A DNA stretch of 64,000 bases from Utricularia gibba (GCA_002189035.1 NEEC01000017.1:1240001-1304000); one strand, 5' to 3'. Positions 39,001 through 53,001 are shown, counted from the stretch's first letter. Translations and numbers: made by a program. Notes: a model not told the origin generated them from the sequence alone.

Positions 39001-40498
39001 TACCGTTTTCCTCCAAATACGAGCTAACCTGCAAATTAAAATAGTTTGAGATATCGAAATCTAAACATAAAAAGAAAACTTGTGATATCATGGGTGACAA
39101 TCTAACCTCGGAAGACACCTTTCTCTTGTCCACATAAAAGAAAGCTGAATTCAATGTCACAATAGCATACCCATGAACAACAGGACAATAGGAGACATCA
39201 GAGCCACGAACATTGTAAAGCCAAGCAACCTGAAATGGTAGTTACGTCATAATCCAAAAGGAATCACAAGCATGAAATGCAGCAGAAGAGATGCATAGTG
39301 TCAGTCTAATGAGGCATAATATGATGCTTACCTCATCCAATGCAGTAACTATGATACCACGGGTTTTCTCCTTAAGAAGCTGTTCCCTGAGATTCTTTAA
39401 TTTATCTCCTACAGAGCGCCCGGAAAACTCAAGAGGATGCACAACTACAGGATTTGTTTCTGCTGGTGGTCTACTCGTCCAAACTTCATCTACGAGGTTT
39501 TTAGAAGTCTCAATCAACCTCTGCTGCTTCTTAGAAAAGGCAGAGATCCATTTCTGTGCAGTGTCAACAGATATGCACCAAGGATCAACCCCAACAGCAG
39601 CACCATTTGGCAGATTCTGGTGCAAAAAAAAAACCAAACTCGGTATTCCAATCCACGTGAAGGGTAATGCATGCTCGACATAAGGAAACCAACGTATTTA
39701 CTTCTTAAATCTTCCAAATCATCACTATGAATGTGAACCAGAACGTAAAGATAACCTAATTGTAAAGAAAAAAGAGCAGATGACTAACATCAGACAACCA
39801 GACGTCAACTGCAGGGTCCTCTCCTATTCGCATAAGCTTCCATTGCTTTCCAAGCTGTTTTTCTGCCTGCAGGAAATACCGCCCGTCGGTCCAAAGTAAT
39901 GCCTTGTTTTCCGTTATGAGTGCTAAACCTGCGGCACATCAAATCTTCAGTAAAAATGCACATACTGTTTAAAAGCTGGAATCGTTAAACAGGTTGGGAT
40001 GTATGAAGCTGCCTTTTAGCACAGTGAGCATTTGAGACGAAAGGAAGATTAGGCAGCCTTTCCCATTTGGGATGTTTACGAATCATTCAAATAGAAAATA
40101 TGCATCCATCAAATAGGATCAAGATCAATTATTCCACACTCGAATTTGTACCGTAAGATGCAAAGAATTCCCAAAACCCACACTTTCAAAACATTTCTAA
40201 AAAAGGGCTCAAACTTAGAGAAAACAACAAACCAGCGCTGCCGGTGAACCCCGATACAAATTCTCGCCTCTTGTCCCTCGTAGACACGTATTCACTCTGA
40301 AGAAAACATCAACGATCCCGATGTAAAAATTCCAATGTCCAACACGCAAACAGTCAACAGAACCCACAGAGCCATCATCATTTAACGCATATATCAGCAA
40401 ACCTGATGATAGTCCTCAGAAGGAACGACTAGAGCGTCGAGAGGGGGAGAGTGAGACGACATCAAAGACCTAAGAGCAGCCAAAGTATCTTCCGCCAT
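36070..40498 (-). CDS. APP1: Xaa-Pro aminopeptidase P1 (cytosolic M24B)
   Basis: [32 protein letters not shown]|[15 protein letters not shown]; [11 protein letters not shown]; [15 protein letters not shown]; YRHGTGHG; [16 protein letters not shown]; no transit peptide. Confidence 0.95.
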
Positions 40499-41522
40499 GG
40501 ATTACCAGCTTCACTTGCAGAGTTTGTGCAGTTATCTTCCACGATGAGCAACCGGAGATATAATGCCGCCGATGACGTGTTTTCTACTACGGAATTTCTG
40601 TGCACACCCTTTCGCGGGCCCACATTTTGACTAAACTGGGCCATCATTGAACAGTAACACGTTTAATTATTCAAAAATTCAACGGAATAATTAAACAAAA
40701 ATCTACAATGATTAAATTGGGTATAATGACCAAATCTTGTACCATGCCTTTTTCCCGAGCATGGCAGTGGATTCGTTGTGAATGCAAAATAAAGATGGAA
40801 AAAACATAAAATTATAAAGATTGAATATGCGAAGTACAATATCATGTAAAATGGACATAGATTGTTATAATGACTAAATTTTAATTTATGAAACATAATT
40901 AGTTTCTAAAATTTCATAAACTAATCCATTATTCAACCGTTAGGCCCAATTGCTATAATTAATGCTAGTTTATTCTTCTTGATTCTAAGGCACATTGTAT
41001 CTTATTTAAAATATAAATTATATATTTTAAAATAAAATTTGTGAATGTAGAAACTTTTTTGTAGTTTTAAATTCTCTAAATAAATTTAAAAGAAAAACAT
41101 TTTCCCTCTATTTTACCTTAAACAAGTAATTTTAATTTTTTTTATTAAAGATTTTTCTAAATAAAATATCTGTAAAACTATCTTTAAACCATCTGCGAAG
41201 CAATTGGCTTATGATTTCCTCATTATTTTATTTTATATTTTTATTCAATTTTACTTCTTATTATCATAATATTTTTATTAATGTTTTTAGTCATCCAGAA
41301 ATGCCATTTTTTATTTTAAGTAAAGATACATGAGAAAGCTATTTATTATTATTTTGAATAAAAATAGTAAAGAAAATAAATATGCACCTCAACTGTGCGT
41401 CTGTCTTATTCTTCTTCTCATGTTTGTGATACAAGGAGGAGGATGCTTGAGTCCAACAGCGCACAGAGAAGCCAGTCTCAGGTTTTGATACAACAACAAA
41501 GGGAAGCTCACAGAGATCACAT

Positions 41523-43947
41523 TCACATGATCTCAACAAGCGCGCGCCCCACAATCTTTCCCTTGTCGAGCTCTGCATATGCATCAGCTGCTTCCTCAAT
41601 CTTGTATGTTCTTGACACGGCTGACTTCAGATCAAATATGCCTTTCTCTGCTAGCTTAACCAGTTTCGGGAGATCCTGCCTTGCTCGGCCTCCGTATGAA
41701 CCGATGACTTTGATCTGTACCATGAACCAGATACAGGGATGATGATGGATCATGAGTGGATTCAGAGGAGGAGAAGGAGGGTGACCTGTCTGCGGACCAA
41801 ATGGTTGATGTCTACCTCTCCTTTAGCACCAGAGAGTGTGAGGCCGATCATCACGGCTTTGCCACCGTCGCGGACGCTTTGTACGCACTGCGAAAATGTT
41901 TGTGATCTTCCTAATGCTTCAACGGCAATATCTACTCCTCTTCCTCCAGTGATTTCCTGTCAAATGTTATTATGCAAGTTTGTAGAAGATAATCTCGTGT
42001 TTGAAACAGAGGTATGGTAACTCGATGACTGATCCTATGAGTTGAAGTGCTTTGTTTATAAAGGAAAGAAGAAAGGGAATGTGCAGCCTGATCTTTATAT
42101 CAGGATCTTCAAAAGGTTTTTTTAACCGCATAAGATCATATTAGCCAAGGACTGTGCAAGCATGCCGTGAAGTTAAACAGCGAAAGATAACTCTGGCTTT
42201 AATTCTATGAAGATAAACACGACCGTAAGCAAAATGCAACCATGTACATACCCTGATCTTTGCAACAGCATCTTCATTTCTTGCATTTACAGTGGCAGTA
42301 GCTCCAAGGATCTTTGCTTTCTCAAGTTTCTCATCCTGAACATCCACTGCTATGATTTCCGAAGCCCCAAATGCCCTAGCTATCTGCACACAACTGGAAG
42401 GGCTTTAGAGAATAAAAAAACATGCAAATAAAAGACAATGGCAATCAATGCACTAGTAGAAAAGTGAAAACTTGAAAAAGTGTGACTCAATTGGAGAGTT
42501 AAAAAAAACAAAATCAAAATTAAAACTCATGGGGTCATTCATCATTATATGAGTGAGATAACAAAGGAAGGCAGAAAAAAAATTCAGAACTCCTACACCT
42601 TCATCATCACCGGTTAATACCTTGATCCTACACCTCCAATGCCAATCACAGCAATGGTATCACCCGGACGGACCTCTGCAGCATGAGCCATGGCCCCATA
42701 TGCTGTAAAAACAGCGCATCCTAAGATAGCAGATTCGTTGTATGGCAAGGAGTCTGGTAAATTAGTTAGTCCGTGTGCTGGTACTACACAGTACTCGGCA
42801 AGACCACCCATACTGTACATATACACTGGCTTGCCTGCAAAACCAGAAATGGTGAACAATGAAGGATATAGTGGCAGGTGTTAAATGCATAACAGAGAAC
42901 ATCGGGATCTTATTATAGACGCATTGCTCATTACCACTACTTCGCAGAAATAGCCTCGTTTCCCCGTCATAAAGGGTTCCCTTTGCTCTGTTATAGGCGA
43001 AGAAGGATTCACACAAGTCATCTTGGCCCTGTTTTTATCAGAAGAAATAAAGAGAGGAGTACAAAGTTTTCAGCCCAGATTCAGATTAAAGTTAGACGAG
43101 CATGAACGATTCAAAGATCATGCATTCTTACCCTTGAACAGAAGAAACAGCTCCCACAAGGCATTATAAAAGCCCCGACAACTTGAGATCCAATTGGAAA
43201 TCTGAAATCCATCAAACAATATTCTCGAATCATGTAAAGTTACAACAAAAAGAAAGGTTTTTAATAATCTACATACCTTTCGATGATCTTAGTATCAGAA
43301 AGTGGACCGTGTTCTACCACTTCGCCGGTTATCTCATGCCCAATAACGCAAGGGCTGGCAAATGGAAGCTCCCCTTTGATCACATGCAGATCCGAGTGGC
43401 ACACTCCACAAGCTAGAGAACCATTACTCAAAATAATAGAATTATCATCTTTCGACAAAGAAGTATAAGGTCTACAGATCCAAGAGCATAGACAAAATCA
43501 AATCTTGATTTCAGCTTATCAATGAAAAATGGATCGTTCACCATTCAAAATTCAACACCTTCACCCGCCCACATTATGCTTCAATCGATAAATTCTCAAT
43601 GTTCAAACGCCACAGACTAGAATCAAAACCGCAAAGTTACCCTTTGTTCTAATGAGAACTTCGTTCACTTTAGGCCGCGGAATATGAATCTCTTCCAACA
43701 CTAGAGGTTTATTAGGTTCCCAGAAAACCGCTGCACGCATGTAGGAAGCTCCACTGCTGACATGGTACGCCGCCGGCGACAAGATCGTCGATTTTCCTTC
43801 ACCGCTTGTGCTCGAAAACCATCTCCGAAGAACAGAGCAGCTGGATGAACGAGAGAGGAGTGAATTTTGTGATGAGCACGCTGTAAATCTAAGATGGGCG
43901 TCGGCGATTGCCCGCCGGAGCAGTATGCAATTCCGGTGAGATGCCAT
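41523..43947 (-). CDS. HER2: Mitochondrial zinc-dependent alcohol dehydrogenase-like protein (HER2-like)
   Basis: Arg/Ser-rich presequence; [10 protein letters not shown] and GHEITGEV catalytic Zn ligands; CGSCFFC..DDLC structural Zn; GIGGVG NAD motif; [12 protein letters not shown]. Confidence 0.9.
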
Positions 43948-44347
43948 ACTCGTCTCTGTCTACAGTCTGAATTTCCAGGCGAGCACTGAACCATCCGATG
44001 TGGAAATCAGTAGTTATCTCCTGTTGGATTCCACATCGGAAAATACTGAATTTATTCCTCTAAATAATAAATGGGTTTGAAATGTTTGGGCCTTGGCCCG
44101 AATCGGATGATGCGATATCTGGCCCAATAAAGGCGCCGAGACTGGTCTCGGTTGCAGGCTGGGACGCTCAGCATAGAAATGGTGCTTGCCGCTCGAATGA
44201 GGAGTTCAGTAGAGAAATCGCCAAAAACCCAGTTTCTAAACCCTAAGCTGCTGAATCTGCGCAAGTTTCGGCCTTCGTTGATCGGAAATTAAGTTTCTCC
44301 TTTTTATGATTTTGTGTTTTCCGCAACCGGTGTAGAGTTGCGTTTAG
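43948..44347. promoter_or_regulatory. Bidirectional promoter between HER2-like and nMAT2
   Basis: 400 bp between ATGs; TGGGCC 44087-44092; GGCCCA 44121-44126; telo-box AAACCCTAA 44238-44246; 12-bp inverted repeat 43994-44040. Confidence 0.7.
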
Positions 44348-46524
44348 ATGCTTCGAACTGTTCCGGTGCTGAGAGTACTCAGTGGCACTGCCATTCATCG
44401 CTTGAACCGCACAGAGGTATTAGTCAAACACTTCTATAGTAGTAGAAATGGGTTGTTTTCTTTTAGAGCATATTTGTATGGGACGTATACATTTGTTAGA
44501 CAAAATGCTGATCCTGATAATCCAGCCACCTTGATGAAGGGGATGGTATTTCTGTTTGCTCCGAAATGTGGATTGAGAATTTCCGGGAGCCCGATAGAAC
44601 TGTAAACAATCTGACCAATTACTTGAGAAGATTTGAGTTGTGGGTGTTGGCGTACCAGAAGGTATGCACTGATGAGACGGGTTCGTACACTCCTCGGAGC
44701 TCGATTACACGGGCAGAATTGGATGATTTGTTGGCCCTTAGAAATTCAGTTCTTGATTGTCGATTTAAGTGGGGAGCAAGGTTAGAGTTTTTCATTAAAT
44801 CGCCAAGGGACAAAACGGATTATGCTTCCTTGTCTAAGAGAAAAATTAAGGCAATTTTGACAACCACACAGCCCACGCCTTTCCAGGATAGGATTGTTCA
44901 GGAGGTACTACTTATGATTTTGGAGCCTATATTTGAGTCAAGGTTCTCACAGAAGTCATATGCTTATAGGCCTGGGAGGAATGCTCACACGGTGCTAAGG
45001 GTTATCAGGAGGAGTTTTGCGGGCTACCTGTGGTATATAAAGGGAGATTTGAGTACACTGTTGGATGGGATGAAGGTGGGAATGGTGATCGGTGCTCTTA
45101 TGAGGGATGTTAGAGATAAGATGGTGGTTGATTTGATTAAGGCAGCATTAACGACACCAGTTATTAAGTCTCGTGTGGAGGATGGTGAGAAGAAGAAGAA
45201 GAAGAAAAGGAAGTATCAAAAGAAGAGAGTTCTTAAAGAGGATGAGCCAAAGCCAGATCCATATTGGTTGGAGACCTTTTTTGGTTTTGCACCAGAAGAG
45301 GCTGAGTTGCTTCCTTCATGGGGTCATTGCGGAGTTTTGAGTCCCCTTCTGGCTAACATATGCTTTGATGAACTGGACCGCTGGATGGAGGAAAAAATCA
45401 AGGAATTCTACAAGCCATCCACCAATGATGTCATATGGAACTGCCCTGATGGAGAGGGCGAGCAAGGGAATACGTCATGGCCTGAGTTTGTACCAACTAG
45501 TGGCCCGGACAAGACAAGGAAGATTGATTATATTCGGTATGGCGGTCATATTTTAATCGGAGTCAGAGGGCCAAGAGCTGATGCAGCAACCTTGAGAAAG
45601 CAGTTAATTGAGTTCTGCGACCAGAAGTACATGCTGAAACTCGACAATGAGAACTTGCCCATTGAACACATTACTAAAGGAATCATGTTTCTGGACCATG
45701 TGTTATGTCGGAGAGTTGTGTACCCAACTCTGAGGTATACAGCTACTGGGGGAAAGATAATAAGTGAAAAGGGTGTTGGGACTCTACTGTCTGTCACAGC
45801 TAGCTTGAAACAGTGTATCAGGCAATTCAGGAAATTGAACTTTCTAAAAGGGGATCGAGATCCAGATCCTCAACCGTGTTTCAGGATGTTCCATGCCACT
45901 CAGGCACACACAAATGCTCAGATGAACAAGTTCTTGTCAACCATTGTCGAGTGGTATCGGTATGCTGACAACAGGAAAAAAATTGTTAATTTTTGTTCAT
46001 ACATTATCAGGGGTTCCCTGGCAAAACTGTATGCTGCAAAGTACAAGCTACGATCCAGGGCCAAGGTTTACAAAATAGGGTCTCGGAATTTGAATCGCCC
46101 TTTGAAGGAAAAGAAAGGGCAGTCACCTGAGTATCACAATTTGTTGAGAATGGGGCTGGCCGAATCAATTGATGGCGTTCAATACACAAGAATGTCTCTT
46201 GTACCTGAAACAGATTATTCTCCGTTCCCAGCTGGCTGGAGGCCTGACCACGAAAAAGCTCTGCTTGAATATATAAAGCTTGATGACTCAAAAACTCTTG
46301 AGGACCAACGTGACTGCCTTAAAGAACAAGGCCTGATTTCTCCTCAAGATTACATCTCAATGTTGGTTTGGAATTACAAAAGAAATAGTGTTACATTAAA
46401 TCGCTCCTCCTCAGTATTAGATGATACTCGGACGTTGCTCGGGTCAAATGACAAAAACAATGTTAGAGTATATACAAGTGATGAAGACAAGGAAGAAGGG
46501 GTTCGTGCTATACAATCCTGCTAG
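44348..46524 (+). CDS. NMAT2: Nuclear-encoded mitochondrial group II intron maturase 2 (1 apparent frameshift at 44539-44542)
   Basis: Presequence ORF from ATG 44348 ..DPDNPATLMK joins, with +1 nt, to EDGISVCSEMWIENF..YLRRFELWVLAYQK; RT domain FQDRIVQEVLL, LSPLLANI, degenerate RYGG in place of YADD; domain X; no En domain. Confidence 0.93.
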
Positions 46525-47321
46525 TCATGTGGTTCTTTTTGGGGGAGTTTTAGTCGACTGCTCTGCAGCCATTGCCAAAGTCCTATCGGGTGGGCAAGCA
46601 TATATTACTAAGATTGCTCTAACCTTCGAATTCGTGATCATGGTTTCAGTTACAGTGGACTTGTGATCATGTTTAGTTTATGAACGTATCTGCATGTGAA
46701 AATCTGCATCTGCAGGCTGATACGTAAAGCCGCTTCTGACCAGTTTATATGCTAGTTTTGATTTTTGATGACTACTTCATGAAGTTCACGAAGCTTGGTT
46801 CCTCGGTGAAGTCCCTAACCTGCTACATGAGTTTTTCGCTCACATGGGTGATGAGAAGCGTAACAGAGGAAAGTTGAAAAAGACACGGACTGTTTCGTAC
46901 TTTTGTAGGAAAAATGTGGGTTTTCAAGAATGCCCACTGCAAAATGGTCTCAGAAATTAGAAACACTCCAAAAAGAGAAAAGAAGCAGGTGAAGAAAAAG
47001 CTACTAGTGAGACTGAAAAGATATAGATGAGCTTTGGAAACTGAATAGCCTTTTTGACTTGTTTTCAGGCTCTGTCTCACTTTTTTTCCCTCCGCACCAC
47101 GCCACCAGAATTACAGAATGAGATGGAGAGTTCACTTTCAAACATAAAAATTTAATTTGGTCTTTCGAAGTTTTCAGCAGTTTATTCTCTCACTACAAGC
47201 TAGCAGGCACCAGTCCATCACATTCTCCTCGAAACTGCCACCCACTTTCTCCACTACTTGCCCTTTGCTGTTATAACCCGCTTTGCTTCTCTAGGTTACA
47301 CATTTTCGAAAGTTCAGGGTG

Positions 47322-49185
47322 ATGAATCAAGAAGGAAAAATGGGCGTGGGAGCTGAGGCTGTAGCTCATGAACCCGAAGAAACTGAAGCGTTTTTGGATG
47401 TGAGTGATACTCCTGTAGCTGATGAAACCAGCAGCCCAGAAGAAAAAGAAGCTGTTTTGGTAGAAGATGACTTGATCCCATTGAACTCAGAAAACTCCTG
47501 CTTATCGCAAGAGAATGCAGCTTCTGCTGTTGCTGAGGGAGAAGAAAACACCAGATTTTTAGATGCTCTTCCTGAAAATGAGCGGGCAGTGTTGCAAGAG
47601 CTGAAGCATCTGATCCAGGAAGCGATCAAGAATCGTGAATTTGGTGGTGATATGGCATCCAAAGAGAAGAATGCCCTGAAATCAGCCCCTGAAGCTGAAA
47701 ATGAAAAAGCTTCCATCCCAGATACAGATGAAGATGGCGCAAAAACTGTAGAGGCCATTGAAGAAACCATCGTTTCTCGAGCACCATCGACTCCAACCAT
47801 ACAAAACGCTCCGGAGACAGTTTCCGAAGGAGTCTCAATTTGGGGAATCAAGCTGTTGGAAGACGAGAAAAGCGATATGATTCTATTGAAGTTCCTTCAA
47901 GCCCGTGAATTCAAAGTAAAGGAAGCCTTCACCATGATGAAAAACACCCTCAAATGGAGAGATCAATTCGGATTGAAGAACTCATGGAGGAGGATCTTGG
48001 GTTCGAAAGCGATTTGGAAAAGGTGGTTTTCATGCATGGCCGCAGTAAACAGGGACACCCAGTTTGCTACAACGTCTACGGCGAGTTTCAGGACAAAGAG
48101 CTCTACCAGAAAGTGTTTTCCGATGTGGAAAAGCGGCGGAGGTTCTTGAGATGGAGGATTCAGTTTCTTGAGAAAAGCATAAGAAAACTAGATTTCACCC
48201 CAGGTGGGGTTTCAACCATTATTAATGTTAACGATCTCAAGAACTCCCCTGCACCAAATCGATGGCAACTTAGACAAGCCGTGAACCAGACTCTTCATCT
48301 GCTCCAAGATAACTATCCTGAATTTGTAGCAAAACAGGTACGCGTTTAAAGCTCAAAATGTAATCTTCACATTTTTTTTAACTGTTTGTATCTGCAGATA
48401 TTTATCAATGTTCCATGGTGGTATTTGGCTTTGAGCAAAATGATTAGCCCTTTTCTGACACAAAGGAGCAAAAGCAAGTTCATTGTAGCTGTTCCTGCGA
48501 GATCAGCAGAAACCCTCTTGAAGTTAGAATGATTTCACATGAATCTTTTACTTTAAAATCAGTGTTAACAGGGGAGTATGCATATATTGGAGTTCTAAAA
48601 AGCGTTGTTTACAGATACATATCAGCAGAGCAAATCCCGTCACACTACGGTGGGCTCAGCAATGAAGGAAACATTGAAGAAGACAACTGTGCCAATGAAA
48701 TTGTTCTGAAGCCATTAGCTAAACACATTGTGGAGTTCCATGCCAACGAGGTTTATACTCATTTCATTTCATAGCATAAGAAAGAAAGAGAACTCTACTG
48801 ATGTTCATTGGATTCTATGCGTGATGATGATAAAAACTTGGCCCCTTTACACTTTTTAGAAAAAATCATGATAAAGTTGATTGCTTTAGTAAGAACCTTT
48901 TTACTTTCTGGTGTCATCCAGGGATGCGTTGTGATGTGGGAAGCAAGAGTTGTGGGATGGGAGGCGAGTTACAGTGCGGAGTTCGTTCCTAGCGCTGAAG
49001 ATGGATACACCGTGATCATCAAGAAGACACAGAAGCTAAAGGCGTCGGCTGAAACGGAAGAGAATAAGCTCATTGCTGATAGCTACAAAGTTTCAGAACC
49101 CGGGAAGCTGCTGCTTACATTTCATAATCTCACCTCCAGGAACAAGATCCTTGTTTATCGCTTTAACTCCAAATCGTCTGTCTAG
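47322..49185 (+). CDS. PATL: Patellin (Sec14/CRAL-TRIO plus GOLD), PATL3-like (1 apparent frameshift at 47970-47971)
   Basis: Acidic N-terminus; SIWGIKLL..SDMILLKFLQAREFKV; GHPVCYNVYGEFQ; LQDNYPEFVAKQ|IFINVPWWY; EQIPSHYGGL; GOLD domain WEARVVGWE..EPGKLLL. Confidence 0.92.
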
Positions 49186-49391
49186 AGACAAGTTTCACAA
49201 CACTTGCTGCTATCTTCATCCTAATTGCCTGTATGAATGAAAAATATCTACTTCTACATGCATCCTTCCATTAATCAAAATTGTTACAGCACTTTCTGAA
49301 GATTTAAAACCAACTTATTTCCAATTAACATACAAGTCTTGCATTATGTTTGACAACTGAACACAAGACGCATTGGCGACAAAGGTAATTT

Positions 49392-52300
49392 CTAGGAAGG
49401 AAACGCACTACCTCTAGTTGGACGACAGACATGGTTTCTCTTACGAGCATGTTCTTCGTTATGGTGCTGTGTCCGGCACGCATATCCATACCAGCAATCC
49501 TTCCTCTGGGTGGCTTCTGGAGGTAGATACTGCAGAGGGGAACTCCTTACGTTCAAGCAACTGCTATCTGTTGAAGTAAAGGTGATAAAACGAACACTGA
49601 GATATAAGCCTCACCTGTTTCGGCAGCGAGGTGCGGAACCAATACAAGAGATATGAGACAAACTTGTCATAACAATCACTGCAAATGCCATCAGAATCAA
49701 CTATTGAATAATACTACATTTTTTGGTGGCCAATCTGCTCAATTAGAAAATGAAAATGAGTACAGAAACTCACTGGCAAACATGCGCCTGAGGAGTAATC
49801 GTCTCAGCATGGTTCAAATTAAGCCTTGACCGATCTGAAACAGGGGATTTCTGTTCTGTAAGAATGACTCAACTTTCTAGTCAAAACAATATCAATGACA
49901 ACAGAGTGGTTCCAAGGTTGCAAAAGGTGATTCAACGGTGTTCCTCTAAGTCCATTTCAGGGTGCTGAATGTGGAAATGCTAGATACCTATCTCCCCATC
50001 ACCAAACCTTCTTGTCCATTCGGCAATGACATCCTGCAAACTTCTTCCCGTTCTCCTGATACACTTTTCAGTTATCTGAAAAGAAACACTTATAAACATC
50101 GTAGGAGGAAATAAGGCAAAGAAAAGTTCCATTACATCATGTTCATGTCGATTCTTCTCATGTGCAATGAAAGGTATCCGTGCAGCAGAATGTGCAGAAA
50201 TCTGCAATACAAAGGAAAATACATTCACAAATAGCGAACAAGAAAACAAGAATGCTAACTAAACATAACATAATGCTCTAATAAGCTGATTTTAATAGCA
50301 ATCTATCATCATAGCTTCAAAGGTATATTAAAAAATCTTTGTAATATTCCTCAAAAAAATAAATAAAATAAAATAAAACAAAAACATGATACATGAGCTT
50401 CAAGACAACACAAAGAAAACTGAAATGTGCTCACTGGTTTCAAAGTTTCATGGTTGCACCAAGCATACGCATCAGAAGCATCAATACCCATGGCATTCCA
50501 ATAGGCACCACAAAAAGCTCGATCACATCCCAAGCCTGTAAAGAAATTAAAGTGATCAATATTACAACAGCTCACACTGAATGCTAGAACACTGGCATTC
50601 AGTAAAGTAAGGTTTAACGTGCATGAGAATCTATAGAAATTACAATGTTGCGGTACAGGGGCATCCGATCTAAAAGGCATCATTCCACCACATGCTTGGC
50701 ATTGAAGATGAACTGTTGTTGCATTACAACGAAAGCCACCATATGCCATAACTGAGGCGCAACATAATTTAAGAGGGTGATTATTGACTAAATTGGAGAA
50801 AACTTACAGTAGAGACAGAGGAAAAAAAATGAACAAGGCATCTAAAGCTATGCATAGTGCATTTTAGCACATGTTTTTAAAGCAACGGAGTTGACTTGTA
50901 TCCTGAAACTGAATCTACAAATGAAGGAAATTCTGTTATTACCACATTGTGGGCACTGCGAGTCATGTAAGTTATCCTCATGTTCCAGAGCAAGAGCCCT
51001 CTTCCGACCAAGTAGTCTCCCACCACGAATAACCTTAACAACATGACAGGAAATTGCAGTTACCTAGTCTGAAAACTGTCCAAAGAAACTTCCACCATGC
51101 CTTAAAACATAGAAAATGGAGTGATTTATCTTCTCTGAAAACAAAAGTACTCACCAGGGGTGATTTAATGGACGCAATGGAGACCATGAGCGCAAGTTCC
51201 TCATTTGAACGTCTCAGTGAAGAATCAGAAAGCACGATGTCCTGCACAAGTATGTAACATGAATCGAAGAATAACCATACAGAAAAACTGGGGACATAAA
51301 AAGTAGAACATTACACCTCATCTGGACTACTAAAGAAAATATAAAACAACAGGAAAAAAGAGAAAGAAAGTAAGTTGATGTAACATATGCAGCTCGAAAC
51401 CAGAAATTGACATCCTCAAAAAACATCAGTAATAAACTGAAAGAAAGAAAATGAGAACGAAATAGGTAAGCAAGAACGAGAGTGAACCTCTTCAATTGCA
51501 CGTAAAAAATGGTTTCTTCCTACAAACTGTACTTCGGTTCTACAGTGAGGGCATAAGACCTGGAAATGTTTCTCTTGACATGTTTTCAACCACTCTGAGA
51601 AACACCCATTGCTGCAACGAGAGGCAATTGTTGGTGTCAGATTTCAAGGTTTGACAATGGCAAAACTGGATGACTAAATAATGCTATACCAGAAATTGTG
51701 AAGGCAGGGTGCTACTGTTACGACATCATGCCAGACATTTAGACATATAGAGCATTTCATATGTTCCGGATTAATGCTTATCTATAACCAAAAAACTAAC
51801 ATCAGAGTCTGTAACTATAACAAAGACAAAAGCTTCCGTCAAAAATTTAGAAGCTATGACTCACACATATACCTTCAGCTGCTTCTCGGAATCCGAATTT
51901 GGCATTGCTTTAAACATGTACTTCAAGGAACCTAAAAATGTAAAGCCACAATGCAGGAAAACTTTAGAAAACGCAAGGCAATAAAAGCTAAATACACTAC
52001 TTTAGGGAAAACGGATAGCACTGGGATAACCAATACCTATTACAGTGATCCCCCTAGACTTAATAGAAAACTAATCAATGCCCCCAAAATTTAAAAACGT
52101 AGCCCACCAATTTAACCTACAGGATGATACTAAGTAAGTGATTCGTATAACTGGAGAACTTTATATCACTTCTTACCATCAGGATCAAGGCCAAGAATTA
52201 TTTCACTGCCACACGTCATGACTGCAGAATGATCAGGTTGAACAGCTTCACCATCGATAGTGATCGAACAAATGCTAAATTGCACGATGGAAGAAACTCA

Positions 52301-53001
52301 TGTCTAATCAGAAACCACTACAGAGTGTAAAATACAAACGAAAAAAAGCATACTTGGATGGTGAAATTCTGAATACCTCTTGTTTATTATTGTGGCGGAG
52401 ACTTGGTCCTTTCGCCTAATTATCTTGCAAACAAATTCATTCCCACTAGAAGAACCCCCATTCTCCAAGGAGATAGCCTCCTCATTTCCTCTTAACTCTA
52501 CATCAGAATAGTCGGAGCGCAGAGGTACTGCCCATAAATATATATTAGTAGTTTAAAGAACTGAACGTCCGCCCAAATGATAAATCGATTTAAATCCTGA
52601 AACTGCAGAATTATGATTGAAAGTTTTGCAGGCAAATAACCCAGAATTATAAAAAACTATAAACAACAAAAATCAACCCACATTCTACGAAAGGCGCCAT
52701 TTAACCATTAGCAATTAAAATCTGTGAATACTGAAAAAAAAACAACAAAACAGAAAAATTACAGTCCCACTTGCTGGGATCCAAAATCACAAACAACTCC
52801 TTAAAGACTACAAAAAGAACATGAGAACACACAACACTAATGAACGAACTGACGTAAAGAAGCAGGCTTCGACTTCACGGCATTAAACCCATATCAAGGT
52901 TAACAAAACCCATTTTTCCATACTTCTGGTTCTTCATTACCCAGTTTCGCCCACACATCATCATTGGAAGAATTTGAACTCGAGCTCTCTACTCTATCCA
53001 T
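49392..53001 (-). CDS. CHFR: CHFR-like E3 ligase (FHA-like N-terminus, C3HC4 RING, Cys-rich domain, PBZ-like finger)
   Basis: DDVWAKL start; CSICLNVWHDVVTVAPCLHNFC|NGCFSEW..CPHCR; HLQCQACGGMMPFR..C|LGCDRAFCGAYW; C-terminal CWYGYACRTQHHNEEHARKRNH; resembles At1g47570 (recall). Confidence 0.88.

Noticed and set aside
44090-44305. Telomerase RNA candidate (USE-like motif, CTAAACCCTAA template, T-run)
   Set aside because: The template would sit near the 3' end with no room for pseudoknot and P4-6, and there is no G-rich 5' stem. Telo-box plus site II is the simpler explanation
44566-46524. Mobile group II intron or horizontally acquired RT
   Set aside because: No flanking ribozyme or En domain, degenerate YADD, and it matches the domesticated nuclear NMAT2
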